64,000 nt of DNA from Acidobacteriota bacterium. GTDB taxonomy: Bacteria > Acidobacteriota > UBA6911 > RPQK01 > JADFOI01. This document shows, in pieces, positions 47,798 through 57,946 of the stretch; within the stretch, counting starts at the first letter, position 1, and each line of letters begins with the position of its first letter. Both the position numbers and the translations under genes were made by a program. The notes under the pieces were generated by a model, which was not told the DNA's origin, did not search any database, and worked only from the letters and a program-made list of their open reading frames with translations. The DNA lies in contig OY760074.1 in NCBI GenBank assembly GCA_963663035.1, positions 1,856,001 to 1,920,000 of the forward strand, in the 5' to 3' direction.

Positions 47798-50701
47798 ATG
47801 ATGAATCAGGCAGGGCGGATTTCTCTGGAGGAAGAGCTCAGGAGAAGAATCAAGGGAGAGGTGCTCTTTGATGAGATGTCTCGCCTCCTTTACAGCACAG
47901 ACGCCAGCCTCTACCAGATCAAGCCACTGGGAGTCATACTTCCTCGTTCTGCTGAAGAGATCCTCCAATCCATCCAGATTGCCGCCCAGCACGGGGTACC
48001 CGTCCTTCCCCGAGGAGCGGGCACCAGCTTGGCAGGTCAAACGGTACTGGCTGGCCTGGTCGTGGACTGTTCTAAATATCTGAACAGGATTATTGAGATC
48101 AATCGGACAGAGCGCTGGGTCCGTGTCCAGCCGGGCATCGTGCTGGACAACCTGAATGAAGTTCTCAAGCCCTACCACCTGCACTTCGCACCTGACGTGG
48201 CCACCAGCAGCCGGGCCAACATTGGCGGGATGATCGGCAACAATTCGGCGGGTGTCCGTTCCATACGCTACGGAAAGACCGTCGATAATGTTCTGGAACT
48301 TTCAGTCCTTCTCTCTACCGGGGAACAACTGTTACTGAGAAACCTGAACGCTCAGGAGCTGCAAGAGAAATGTGCTCAGGGCAATCGAGAGGGAGAAATC
48401 TATTCGACAGTGCGCCGGATTCTGGAGGAGAATTCTGAGGAGATCCTTGAGCGCTTTCCTCGAGTCATGCGCCGGGTGGGTGGATACAACCTCGATCTTC
48501 TGCTCCAGGAAAACGACTTCAATCTCGCCAAACTCATTGTCGGCTCGGAGGGAACCTTGGCCTTTGTCACCGAGGCAAAGCTCAAATTGGAACCTGTGCC
48601 CTCCTCCACTGTTGTGTCGGTCGTCCACTTCGACGATTTGATTCGAGCGATCGAGGCAGTCCCTGTGATCTTGCGCCACCAGCCCTCTGCCGTGGAAATC
48701 CTGGATCACTACGGATTAGAGCTGACTCGCTCCAATCCTGCACTGTCCCCACTCTGTGCCCAGTTCATTCACGGAGATCCTCAGGCAATCCTGATGGTGG
48801 AGTTTAGCGGAGATTCTCAGGAGGAAGTTCACTCCGCATGGAGTGAAATGAAAACCGACCTGGTCCAGCAAAAAGGTTTCTATGCTTGTCACGACGCATC
48901 CTCCAGGCAGGCTATAGAGACGGTGTGGAATGTGCGAAAAAACTCACTGGGAATCTTACTGGGGATGAAAGGAGATGCCAAACCCCTTGCTTTCGTGGAA
49001 GATGCATGTGTCCCGGTGGAACATCTCAGCAAATATGTGGCTCGGGTCATCGAGCTTTGTCGGCGCCATGACCGGTCCCTTGCCCTCTATGCCCATGCCA
49101 GTGCCGGAGTGATTCACGTCCGTCCGATCTTGAATCTCAAAAAGCAGGAAGATTTGGACATCTTGCGCGAAATCTCCGCTGAAGTTTTCGATCTGGTTCG
49201 TGAGTATGGTGGTTCCTGGAGCGGCGAGCATGGAGATGGGCTGGTACGCAGCTATAAAAACCGCGAGTTCTTTGGTGACCAACTTTACCAGGCCTTCCGG
49301 ACCATCAAGCAGGCCTTTGACCCCATTGGCCTGATGAATCCTGGGAAGATTGTGGATGCTCAAGACATCGGAGAAAACCTGAGAATTCACCCGGGCTATC
49401 AGACCCGCTTCCCCGAGACTCATTTTCAGTTCAGAAAGGAGCAGGGCTTCGACCGGGCAATTGAGTTGTGCACCGGCGTGGGTCACTGCCGGAAAACCAC
49501 CTCCGGGACCATGTGTCCTTCCTTTATGGCCACGCGAGATGAAGAGCACTCCACACGAGGCCGTGCCAACGCTCTGCGCATGGCCATGGCCGGGGAGCTC
49601 GGCCCCGGCGGACTGACCAGTCACCGGCTCCATGAAGTCCTGGACCTCTGCCTGGAATGCAAGGCCTGCAAGTCAGAGTGCCCGTCAGGCGTGGATATGG
49701 CCCGCTTGAAGAGCGAATTTCTGGCCCAATACTACCGCGCACATGGACGTCCCCTCGGCCAGAAGCTCTTTGGCAAAATCCCAGAAACGGCTCGATGGGC
49801 CAGTCACCTTCCGCGCCTGGCCAATCTCCTGATGGAGAACCCTCTTTCGCGCCGGCTGCTGGAAAAATTTGCGGGAATCGACCGCAGACGATGCCTTCCG
49901 CTGCTCGCCCCTCAGACTTTCACCCGGTGGTTCCAGCAAAATCAGATCCAGGCAGAAGGGAAAACAGCATCCGAACCCGTGGCTCTGTTTGTTGACACCT
50001 TCCTCAATTTCTACGAGCCGGAGATTGGAATCGCTGCCACTCACCTGCTGAGAACCCTGAACTATCAGGTGGTTCCGGTCGATAGAGGCTGCTGCGGCCG
50101 TCCCCTCATCTCCACGGGACAACTGGCGCTGGTCAAGGAAAAAGGAATCGCATTGGTGAAAAGCTTGGAGGAGTTCACCAGCCAACAGATTCCCATTATC
50201 GTCCTGGAGCCCAGCTGCCTGTCGACACTTCGGGATGATTACTCTGACTTGTTGGAGGACGAAACCCTCTACCGGCCGGTGCTCGAGCACATCTTGAGCC
50301 TGGAGGAGTTCCTCACCCAGGAGGGCGTTTGGCCTCGCCTGGCCGAGAAGATGGGGAAAGGACCTGCCCAGCTCCTTTTTCACGGGCACTGTCACCAAAA
50401 GGCCCTCTTCGGCAGCGGAAGTTCACTGCAGGCCTTGCAAAGTCTGAAAGAAACCCAACTCACGGAGGTTGATTCGGGCTGCTGTGGGATGGCCGGGTCC
50501 TTTGGATACGAAAAGAAACACTACGGGATCTCCCGGCAGATAGGCGAAGACCGGCTCTTTCCCGCCGTGAGAGGCGCCTCCCCGGAGACTGAGATCGTGG
50601 CTTCCGGCTTCAGCTGCCGCTCCCAGATTCAGCACTTTACCGGCCGATCAGCAAAGCACCTGGCTGAAGTCCTGGCCCAGGCAATTGCACCTGGAGATTG
50701 A
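47798..50701 (+). CDS. FAD-linked oxidase fused to a 4Fe-4S/CCG domain (YdiJ/GlcDF-like 2-hydroxyacid dehydrogenase)
   Basis: RGAGTSLAGQ, GSEGTL, GEHGDG, CTGVGHC, CLECKACKSECP, CCG x2. Confidence 0.9.
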   Translation: MMNQAGRISLEEELRRRIKGEVLFDEMSRLLYSTDASLYQIKPLGVILPRSAEEILQSIQIAAQHGVPVLPRGAGTSLAGQTVLAGLVVDCSKYLNRIIEINRTERWVRVQPGIVLDNLNEVLKPYHLHFAPDVATSSRANIGGMIGNNSAGVRSIRYGKTVDNVLELSVLLSTGEQLLLRNLNAQELQEKCAQGNREGEIYSTVRRILEENSEEILERFPRVMRRVGGYNLDLLLQENDFNLAKLIVGSEGTLAFVTEAKLKLEPVPSSTVVSVVHFDDLIRAIEAVPVILRHQPSAVEILDHYGLELTRSNPALSPLCAQFIHGDPQAILMVEFSGDSQEEVHSAWSEMKTDLVQQKGFYACHDASSRQAIETVWNVRKNSLGILLGMKGDAKPLAFVEDACVPVEHLSKYVARVIELCRRHDRSLALYAHASAGVIHVRPILNLKKQEDLDILREISAEVFDLVREYGGSWSGEHGDGLVRSYKNREFFGDQLYQAFRTIKQAFDPIGLMNPGKIVDAQDIGENLRIHPGYQTRFPETHFQFRKEQGFDRAIELCTGVGHCRKTTSGTMCPSFMATRDEEHSTRGRANALRMAMAGELGPGGLTSHRLHEVLDLCLECKACKSECPSGVDMARLKSEFLAQYYRAHGRPLGQKLFGKIPETARWASHLPRLANLLMENPLSRRLLEKFAGIDRRRCLPLLAPQTFTRWFQQNQIQAEGKTASEPVALFVDTFLNFYEPEIGIAATHLLRTLNYQVVPVDRGCCGRPLISTGQLALVKEKGIALVKSLEEFTSQQIPIIVLEPSCLSTLRDDYSDLLEDETLYRPVLEHILSLEEFLTQEGVWPRLAEKMGKGPAQLLFHGHCHQKALFGSGSSLQALQSLKETQLTEVDSGCCGMAGSFGYEKKHYGISRQIGEDRLFPAVRGASPETEIVASGFSCRSQIQHFTGRSAKHLAEVLAQAIAPGD

Positions 50702-50739
50702 AGTTGCTTCGTGGATTAGGGGATTTGCCGAAACCTCCG

Positions 50740-50756
50740 GAGCCCCGAAGGGGCTC
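50740..50756. terminator. GC-rich hairpin between convergent genes
   Basis: GAGCCCC-GAA-GGGGCTC; no U-tract, so a terminator role is uncertain. Confidence 0.3.
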
Positions 50757-50809
50757 AAGAGCATCGTGCCTTGGCAGCTGTGCCCCCCACCCTCCGGAAA
50801 TTGAGGAAC

Positions 50810-52459
50810 TCACGAATCGCTTCCCTCCCTCAACACTCGCTTCAGGACTTTCCCCAGGGCGCTTTTGGGCAGCTCCTCGACAAATTCAATCCTCTTGGGA
50901 ATCTTAAATTTGGAAAGCTTATCCTGACAGAACTGGATCACTTCCTGTTTGCTCAGCTCCTGGCCCTCTTCCACCACGATGAAGGCCTTCGGGACCTCCT
51001 CTCGAACCTTGCTGGCAATCCCCACCAGAGCCGCCTCGACGATGTGGGGGTGTTGATCCAAAACCTCCTCCACTTCACGGGGATAGATGTTCATCCCGGC
51101 GCTGATGATCACATCTTTCTTTCGATCCACGATCGAGAAAAAACCCTCCTCATCCATCACCGCCATATCCCCGCTATAGAGCCAACCCTGGTCCAGGACC
51201 TGTCGGGTCTCCTCCGGCATCTCCCAATAGCCCTTCATGACCTGCGGGCCTCTGATGGCCAGCTCTCCCACCTCTCCACAGGGAAGATGTTCCCTGGTGT
51301 CCGGATCCACTACGGCGGCTTCGGTATCGGCCACCGGAACGCCAATGGTGCCGATTTTGCGATGCCCGTAAATCGGATTGACAAGCGCCACCGGAGAAGT
51401 CTCGGACAGGCCGTAGCCCTCCACCAGCTTGCCGCCAGTGAGGGTTTCGAATCTCTTTTGCACCTCTGCCGGCAGACCAGCTCCTCCGCTGACACAGAGC
51501 CGAATGGAGGCAACATCTGAGCTGGAGATTTTGGGATAACGAGTGACGGCATTGTACAGTGATGGAACAGCACAGAAGATGGTGGGCTTGTGTTTTTTAA
51601 TCTGCTTGACCACGTCAGCCAACTCAAAGCGCGGCAGCAGCAGCATGGTCGACTGAGACACAACTGCCAGATGCATCCCGGTGGTCATCCCATAGCTGTG
51701 AAAAAAGGGAAGAACGCAAAGCATCACTTCCCTTCCGTCTTCCATGTCCCAGAGCCAGTTTCGGGTTTGATGGGCATTCACCACTAGATTGCGGTGGGTC
51801 AGAACAGCGCCCTTGGAGACCCCGGTGGTACCGCCCGTGTACAGCAATATTGCCGTGTCATCCGGACTGACCTCCGCTGCAGGTGCCGCTGGAAAGGACC
51901 TTTTAACGAGATGACGATATTCAAAAAGGTCCTTTTCTTTGCGAGGATCGACGGGGGACTTGTGCTTGAAGCCGTACAAGAGAGCGAAAATCGTGGGCAG
52001 GAAGTCTTGAATCCTGGCCAGGATAATCCTTTTGACCGGGGTCTTGTCTCTCACCGCGGCTAATTTCGGATACAGTTGATCCAGGATCACCACCGTCTCG
52101 GCACCAGAGTTGCTCAACTGCTTCTCCAGCTCTCTCTCCACGTAAAGTGGATTGGTGGGGACCACTATTCCGCCCAGCTTGAGAACCGCAAAATGGGCAA
52201 TCGGGTAGGCCGGGATATTGGGGAGGATCAGGGCCACACGGTCCCCTTTTCCAACTCCCATGGCCGCTAGAGCACTGGCCAGGCGATCTACCAGATTGCC
52301 CAGTTCCCGATAGCGGATTCTGGCTCCGAAGAAAAGCGTAGCCAGGCCGCTGGGATTCTTATCTATGGCATCCTGGAGGAGCTGGTAGACAGTGTTCTCG
52401 GGATATTGGATGGAAGTGGGAACCTTCTCGTCATAGTACTTCTGCCAGATCTTTTCCAT
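50810..52459 (-). CDS. Long-chain fatty acid--CoA ligase
   Basis: YTGGTTGVSKG, EGYGLSE, GPQVMKGYW, DRKKD. Confidence 0.93.
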   Translation of the reverse strand: MEKIWQKYYDEKVPTSIQYPENTVYQLLQDAIDKNPSGLATLFFGARIRYRELGNLVDRLASALAAMGVGKGDRVALILPNIPAYPIAHFAVLKLGGIVVPTNPLYVERELEKQLSNSGAETVVILDQLYPKLAAVRDKTPVKRIILARIQDFLPTIFALLYGFKHKSPVDPRKEKDLFEYRHLVKRSFPAAPAAEVSPDDTAILLYTGGTTGVSKGAVLTHRNLVVNAHQTRNWLWDMEDGREVMLCVLPFFHSYGMTTGMHLAVVSQSTMLLLPRFELADVVKQIKKHKPTIFCAVPSLYNAVTRYPKISSSDVASIRLCVSGGAGLPAEVQKRFETLTGGKLVEGYGLSETSPVALVNPIYGHRKIGTIGVPVADTEAAVVDPDTREHLPCGEVGELAIRGPQVMKGYWEMPEETRQVLDQGWLYSGDMAVMDEEGFFSIVDRKKDVIISAGMNIYPREVEEVLDQHPHIVEAALVGIASKVREEVPKAFIVVEEGQELSKQEVIQFCQDKLSKFKIPKRIEFVEELPKSALGKVLKRVLREGSDS

Positions 52460-52538
52460 CCCTGACCCTCAATGCTAAGAGATCTCCTGATCCTATCACT
52501 GGTGAGCCGCGGAATCGACCGGTAACGAAAAGATATTT

Positions 52539-55427
52539 TTAATGCACTGTGCCGTTAGGAGTTACACCCGCTGGGACACACATGCCTCTCTCCTCCCACA
52601 GCCAGACTCCATCCCAATCCGGATGAGGAGGATCTTCCTGAAATTTCTGGCAGCGGGCCAGAAGGACTTGAGAGGGACGATCGGTCTCAGCACCCTTGCC
52701 AAACCATTGGCAAGCGGTGGCAAAGTCCTTCTTACTATAAGCCTCCATACCCCTGCAAAAACATTCCTCCGCTTCAGAGAGTTGGTAATTCGCATCCCCC
52801 AGCACCTCGATCAAGTCTTCTGGCTGCTTCTTGCCTCGAATCATAACTCGATCGATGGGACGGGTGACAAAATGCTGGCCGACTTCTTGGAAAGTTCTCT
52901 TGCTGATCAGGATCACGCTCCCGTATGGCTTGGTGAGCCTCTCCAGGCGCGAAGAAACGTTGACACCATCACCCACCACGGTAAAGTCCATTCTCTTTTC
53001 AGAACCGATGTTACCCGAGATCACATCACCCGTACTGATGCCAACGCCGATCCTAATGGGTTCTAGTCCCTTGGTCAGTCTGCTCCGATTCATTCTGGCT
53101 AATTCGCTCTTCATGGCTACGCCTGCACGCACAGCTCGCAGCGTATCGTCTTCCTGGACATAAGGGACACCGAAGACTGCCATTAACGCATCCCCGATAT
53201 ACTTATCCAGGATCCCTCGCTCTTCCAACAGAACATCGACCATCCGGGTGAAGTAGTGATTCAGGAAATCGACTGCTTTTTCGGCGGTCATGGACTCGGC
53301 AAGTGAGGTAAAACCTCGAATGTCGGAGAATAATATGGTCGCTTTATTGCGCACGCCACCCAGAGCCTGCCTTTCCGGATCTTCCAGAACCTTATCCACG
53401 ATATCCTTTGCCATATAGCGAACCAGGGCGCGCCTGACTCTTTTCTCCTGGCTAATGTCTTCCAGCACCAGAACAAGGCCGCTGTGAGTCCCCTCGTGTT
53501 GTACCAGGGGAAGAATGTTGAGATTGACCGAGGGTTTATTCCCTCGGAGATTCAGTTCCACATCATAGTCCATGACCGATTCACTGCTGGCGTAAACGCT
53601 GTCGATATGGCGAGCCACGCGCTCAGAGCCGAGCAGGCTTCGAAGGTCCTCCCCAACCAGGCTGTTCAGCTCAGAACCAAACAATTCCAACGCAGCCCGG
53701 TTGGCGGTGACAATCCGATGGTCATGATCCAGGGTGATGATACTGTTGGAAATGCTCTGTCCGATACTTTCCAGGTAGTTTCTCATCTCCATCGTATTCT
53801 GGTACAACTGGGCATTCTCCAGGGCTACCGCGACCTCCGAAGTCAGAAGCTTCAACAGGTCCTCATCTTCCCGGTCGAACACTCCCTCTTTCTTGTTCAT
53901 GGCTTGGGTCACACCGATGATCTCTCCCTCACGGTTTAGAACAGGAGCCGCCAGAACAGTCTTGGTATGGAAACCCGTTTCCTTATCAAAGGCAGGATTG
54001 AAGCGGGAGTCCTCATAGGCATTCTTAATGTTGAGCACCTCACCAGTCCTGGCAACATAGCCGGCCAGCCCTCCCGAAACTGGAAACCGAATGACGGCAC
54101 CCTTGGTGCCTTGCGCCCTCTTTGACCACAGCTCACCTGTGGTCCCGTCCACCAGAAAAAGAGAAGTGCGCTCGGCATGGAGGATCTCCGAGATCTTACC
54201 GACAATCTTGTCGATGAGAACATCCAGGTCCAGAGTCCGGGTGACCGAAGTGACCACGTCCAGGAGGATGGCCATCTTCTCGTGACTGGCAACGATCCTC
54301 TGATAGAGCCGGAAGTTCTCGACGGAAATGGCAGTCTGGTAGGCAAAGGCCCGAAAGAGCTTTTCGTCCATTGCATCAAACACACCATCCTTTTTGTTGA
54401 TGATCTGAATCACCCCCACGATTTCCCCACGCAAGTTCTTGACCGGGCCACACAGCATAGACTTTGTTCGATATCCGGTGCTCCGATCGATCTCCGCGTT
54501 GAAGCGGGGATCCTTGTACACGTCCGGAATATTGATCAACTCAGCATTCTGAGCCACCCACCCGGCAAGGCCCTGGCCTACAGGTATCCTTATTTCGCAG
54601 CTCTTCTCGTCCTGGGCCACCTTGGACCAGAGCTCTTGGGAAGGATTGTCGAGCAGAAACAAGGTAGCCCGCTCGGCACCCAACACATTGCTGGCCATAT
54701 GGACCACCCGCTCGATCAATCCCTCAACGTCCATTCGATGAGCCAGAATCTCAGACATATCCACCATGTCCTGGAGGTTCTGAAGGAACGTTTTCGTGGT
54801 TCGAGTCTCGTGCACCACTTCCTGAAAGCGAAAGTTCGTCCGGCGCATCCTCTTGGTGATGATATCCAGGAAATTCCTGGCCAGGGTGGGAGCCCGCTCC
54901 ATGCAGCGAGTCAGATCGTCGTAATAGATCTGCAGGAGCTGCAGGTCAGTTACAGCACGTACCGAGGCTGAGCGTCGGCCGTCGGAGAAATATCCCATCT
55001 CTCCAATGGATTCTCCAGGTCCAAGCGTAGCCAGCCCAATCTCTTCGTCAGAATCCTCTTTCCAGAAGACGACGGCCTGGCCGTGGACGAGAATGAAGAG
55101 GCAATCCCCCTTGTCGTTCTGGCGGATAAACTCGTCTCCGGTAGAGACGCTCTTTTCTCCCACAAAACCAGTGATGTCCTTCAACTCCTCGTCTTCCAGC
55201 CCAGAGAAGACGGGGCTGGTACGCAAGCGGTCCAGCCTCTGACCGTGAATCGCCCCGATCAGATCCTTTCGGCTGATGGCCTCCATCTCCAGCAGTATTT
55301 CTCCCAGGTGCTTCTCGACACCTGTACCCACCAATTCCCTCTGATGTGAAAGCGCCTGCTCCAGGACTTCCGCCTCACATTGCATGTATTCGGCGATTCT
55401 TCGACGATCCAGGATCTTGCTACTCAT
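52539..55427 (-). CDS. Class III adenylate cyclase: MshEN-like - cNMP - GAF - GAF - PAS - AC - TPR-like
   Basis: GEMG..RSASV cNMP pocket; two NKKxxxFxxxD GAF motifs; [30 protein letters not shown]; PDWDGVW tail. Confidence 0.92.
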   Translation of the reverse strand: MSSKILDRRRIAEYMQCEAEVLEQALSHQRELVGTGVEKHLGEILLEMEAISRKDLIGAIHGQRLDRLRTSPVFSGLEDEELKDITGFVGEKSVSTGDEFIRQNDKGDCLFILVHGQAVVFWKEDSDEEIGLATLGPGESIGEMGYFSDGRRSASVRAVTDLQLLQIYYDDLTRCMERAPTLARNFLDIITKRMRRTNFRFQEVVHETRTTKTFLQNLQDMVDMSEILAHRMDVEGLIERVVHMASNVLGAERATLFLLDNPSQELWSKVAQDEKSCEIRIPVGQGLAGWVAQNAELINIPDVYKDPRFNAEIDRSTGYRTKSMLCGPVKNLRGEIVGVIQIINKKDGVFDAMDEKLFRAFAYQTAISVENFRLYQRIVASHEKMAILLDVVTSVTRTLDLDVLIDKIVGKISEILHAERTSLFLVDGTTGELWSKRAQGTKGAVIRFPVSGGLAGYVARTGEVLNIKNAYEDSRFNPAFDKETGFHTKTVLAAPVLNREGEIIGVTQAMNKKEGVFDREDEDLLKLLTSEVAVALENAQLYQNTMEMRNYLESIGQSISNSIITLDHDHRIVTANRAALELFGSELNSLVGEDLRSLLGSERVARHIDSVYASSESVMDYDVELNLRGNKPSVNLNILPLVQHEGTHSGLVLVLEDISQEKRVRRALVRYMAKDIVDKVLEDPERQALGGVRNKATILFSDIRGFTSLAESMTAEKAVDFLNHYFTRMVDVLLEERGILDKYIGDALMAVFGVPYVQEDDTLRAVRAGVAMKSELARMNRSRLTKGLEPIRIGVGISTGDVISGNIGSEKRMDFTVVGDGVNVSSRLERLTKPYGSVILISKRTFQEVGQHFVTRPIDRVMIRGKKQPEDLIEVLGDANYQLSEAEECFCRGMEAYSKKDFATACQWFGKGAETDRPSQVLLARCQKFQEDPPHPDWDGVWLWEERGMCVPAGVTPNGTVH

Positions 55428-55561
55428 TTAAATAAGTACTGACAGGGTACGCGGCGCCCGATGCTGGGTTAAGATGCTTCGCACATCTGCAGAGATTGAT
55501 TCTCTAGTCTGGCTGAAAAGCCACCAGATACGGAGTGACAGTGGTCACAGGGAGGGGAAAA

Positions 55562-55623
55562 ATGGGGACAGACTACCCGTTCACCTCATTTCGAAATGAG
55601 GTGAACGGGTAGTCTGTCCCCAT
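55562..55623. repeat. Perfect 62-bp palindrome
   Basis: ATGGGGACAGACTACCCGTTCACCTCATTTC|GAAATGAGGTGAACGGGTAGTCTGTCCCCAT. Confidence 0.95.
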
Positions 55624-55679
55624 ATTTCCATTTCAACAGAGCGGACGCTACAATTATTTCCACGAGGACTAACGAACCT

Positions 55680-56108
55680 TTGCCCAATATTCGCTTCTTG
55701 ATCTGGTCAGTCTCCCTCATCCACATGCTGTTCTACCGCGCCACGGGAGGCTTGATTGGCGGCTCCGTCGGTGCACCGGTGCTCCTCCTCACAACCGTGG
55801 GTAGAAAAAGTGGCAAGGCTCGCACGGTTCCCCTGCTCTATCTTAAGGAGGGTTCACATTGGGCTCTGGTTGCCTCCAATGGAGGAGATGACCGGCATCC
55901 CGCCTGGTGGCTCAACCTCAAGGCCAACCCGGCTGCTACCATCCAGATCAGACGGTCCCGGGAGCGGGTCACAGCCAGGCCAGGCTCCGAAGATGAAAAG
56001 AGCCTTCTGTGGCCTCGATTTGTGAAGATGCATGGGGGCTACACAGCCTACCAACAGAGAACCAGACGGGAGATCCCGCTCGTCATTCTTGAGCCAGAGA
56101 CCTCTTGA
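55680..56108 (+). CDS. Deazaflavin (F420)-dependent nitroreductase/oxidoreductase (DDN family)
   Basis: LLLTTVGRKSG, VASNGG..HPAWWLNL.ANP, YQQRTRREIP. Confidence 0.92.
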   Translation: MPNIRFLIWSVSLIHMLFYRATGGLIGGSVGAPVLLLTTVGRKSGKARTVPLLYLKEGSHWALVASNGGDDRHPAWWLNLKANPAATIQIRRSRERVTARPGSEDEKSLLWPRFVKMHGGYTAYQQRTRREIPLVILEPETS

Positions 56109-56149
56109 GAGGGAAATATGGGGACGGAGCGGCCACTACAAGTCGATAC

Positions 56150-57202
56150 TCAGGAAAACAGGCCCTTCTGAGGTGTGCCTGGGGATGCCGCCTGAGCTGT
56201 GCCCTGAGGCTTCTTTCCGAAATGATCGTAGGCTAGAGGGGTCACCATGCGACCGCGCGGCGTGCGGTTGAGGAATCCAATCTGAATCAGGAAGGGTTCG
56301 TAGATATCCTCGATGGCGTCCTTCTCTTCACTGATGGCCGCTGAGATGGTATTGACGCCAACCGGACCACCGCCGAACTTTTCAATGATCGTCAGCAGGA
56401 GCTTTCGATCAATCTCATCAAAGCCAAAGCGGTCTACATTGGCCAAATCCAGCCCCTGGCAGGCCACTTCATGATTGATCGACCCGTCAGCCCGCACCTG
56501 TGCGTAATCGCGCACACGCCTGAGGAGACGATTGGCCACTCTGGGCGTCCCCCGGCTTCGCCGGGCCACCTCCTCAGTACTCTTCTTATCGATGACAACA
56601 TCTAGAATGTCAGCCGAGCGGCGGACGATGGTGGCCAGGCTCTCCAGCGTGTAGAAATCCAACCGCTGAATAATCCCGAAGCGACCTCGCAGAGGGGAGG
56701 TCAACAAGCCCGTTCGGGTGGTGGCCCCGACCAGCGTAAACTGAGGAATATCGATCTTGATGGAACGGGCTCCGGGACCCTCGCCAATAATGATATCGAT
56801 CTGGAAATCCTCCATGGCGGGATAGAGGATCTCTTCGATGGAGGGATGCAGACGATGGATTTCATCGATAAAAAGGACGTCATTGGCCTCCAGATTGGTC
56901 AAGATCGCTGCCAGATCCCCCCGCTTTTCAATGGCCGGTCCCGAAGTTGAGCGGAAATTCACATTCAGCTCAGTGGAAATAATGTGGGCAAGCGTTGTCT
57001 TCCCCAGTCCGGGAGGGCCGAAAAGCAAGACATGGTCCAGGGCCTCATTCCGCTGTCGAGCTGCTTCGACAGCAACTTTGATGCTGTCCTTAATCCTTTG
57101 CTGTCCGATGAAGTCCTTCAAGAATCGAGGTCTGAGCCTATTCTCAAAGGTGATCTCCTCCTTCCGGTGGGAGGGATCCATGATGCGCTCTTCTGTTTCC
57201 AT
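56150..57202 (-). CDS. ruvB: Holliday junction helicase RuvB
   Basis: [26 protein letters not shown]. Confidence 0.97.
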   Translation of the reverse strand: METEERIMDPSHRKEEITFENRLRPRFLKDFIGQQRIKDSIKVAVEAARQRNEALDHVLLFGPPGLGKTTLAHIISTELNVNFRSTSGPAIEKRGDLAAILTNLEANDVLFIDEIHRLHPSIEEILYPAMEDFQIDIIIGEGPGARSIKIDIPQFTLVGATTRTGLLTSPLRGRFGIIQRLDFYTLESLATIVRRSADILDVVIDKKSTEEVARRSRGTPRVANRLLRRVRDYAQVRADGSINHEVACQGLDLANVDRFGFDEIDRKLLLTIIEKFGGGPVGVNTISAAISEEKDAIEDIYEPFLIQIGFLNRTPRGRMVTPLAYDHFGKKPQGTAQAASPGTPQKGLFS

Positions 57203-57207
57203 TCTGT

Positions 57208-57804
57208 CTAAGCCCGGACTTTTTTCAGCGACTGCCTCAAAAGTGCCTCGAAGGAGTCCATCTGCCCTTCTTTCCTTGCCCTGGAGACTGCCCTCTCGGC
57301 GGTATTTTTGGCATAGCCCAGATTGACCAGAGCCGACACCACATCCACCTGAAGGGAGCCGGCTTCACTGTCCAAGGTGGCTTCCTCAAGCTCGGGAAAC
57401 AACTCCACGACCTTGTCCCTCATCTCCAGGACGAGGCGTTCGGCGGTTTTCTTTCCAACTCCCGGGATCTCATTGAGCTTGAGCACATCCCCATCCGTCA
57501 CCGCCTCGACAAACTCACCCACCGGCATACCGGAAAGAATCGTCACCCCAAGCTTGGGGCCAATCCCCGAGATCTGAATCAGCCGCGTGAAGAGCCTCTT
57601 CTCTTTCCTGGTCAGAAAGCCATACAGTTGAAAGGCATCTTCCTTGACGTGAGTATAGATGCGCAGACTGACAGTGTCGCCGACCTCTCCCAGCTCGTAA
57701 TAGGTGGAAAAAGGAATCACCACCTCATACCCCACACCGCTAACATCCACCTCCACGCAGCCCGCCGATTTCTCCGTGAGCACGCCTTTTAAATGGGCAA
57801 TCAC
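57208..57804 (-). CDS. ruvA: Holliday junction protein RuvA
   Basis: GTG start [37 protein letters not shown]. Confidence 0.96.
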   Translation of the reverse strand: MIAHLKGVLTEKSAGCVEVDVSGVGYEVVIPFSTYYELGEVGDTVSLRIYTHVKEDAFQLYGFLTRKEKRLFTRLIQISGIGPKLGVTILSGMPVGEFVEAVTDGDVLKLNEIPGVGKKTAERLVLEMRDKVVELFPELEEATLDSEAGSLQVDVVSALVNLGYAKNTAERAVSRARKEGQMDSFEALLRQSLKKVRA

Positions 57805-57839
57805 TGCTGCATAGATTACAGCCGACAACTGACAGGGAG

Positions 57840-57946
57840 AGGAGGTAGGAGTCAGGAGGTAGGAGTCAGGAGGTAGGAGATTCTCGAAAGCTGGAACCTG
57901 AAACTTTAGCTGACTTCTGCCTCCTGTCTCCTGCCTCCTACCTCCT
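57840..57946. repeat. Heptamer tandem array with an inverted arm
   Basis: (AGGAGGT AGGAGTC)x2 AGGAGGT AGGAGAT ... CTGGAAC CTGAAAC ... GCCTCCT GTCTCCT GCCTCCT ACCTCCT. Confidence 0.85.
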
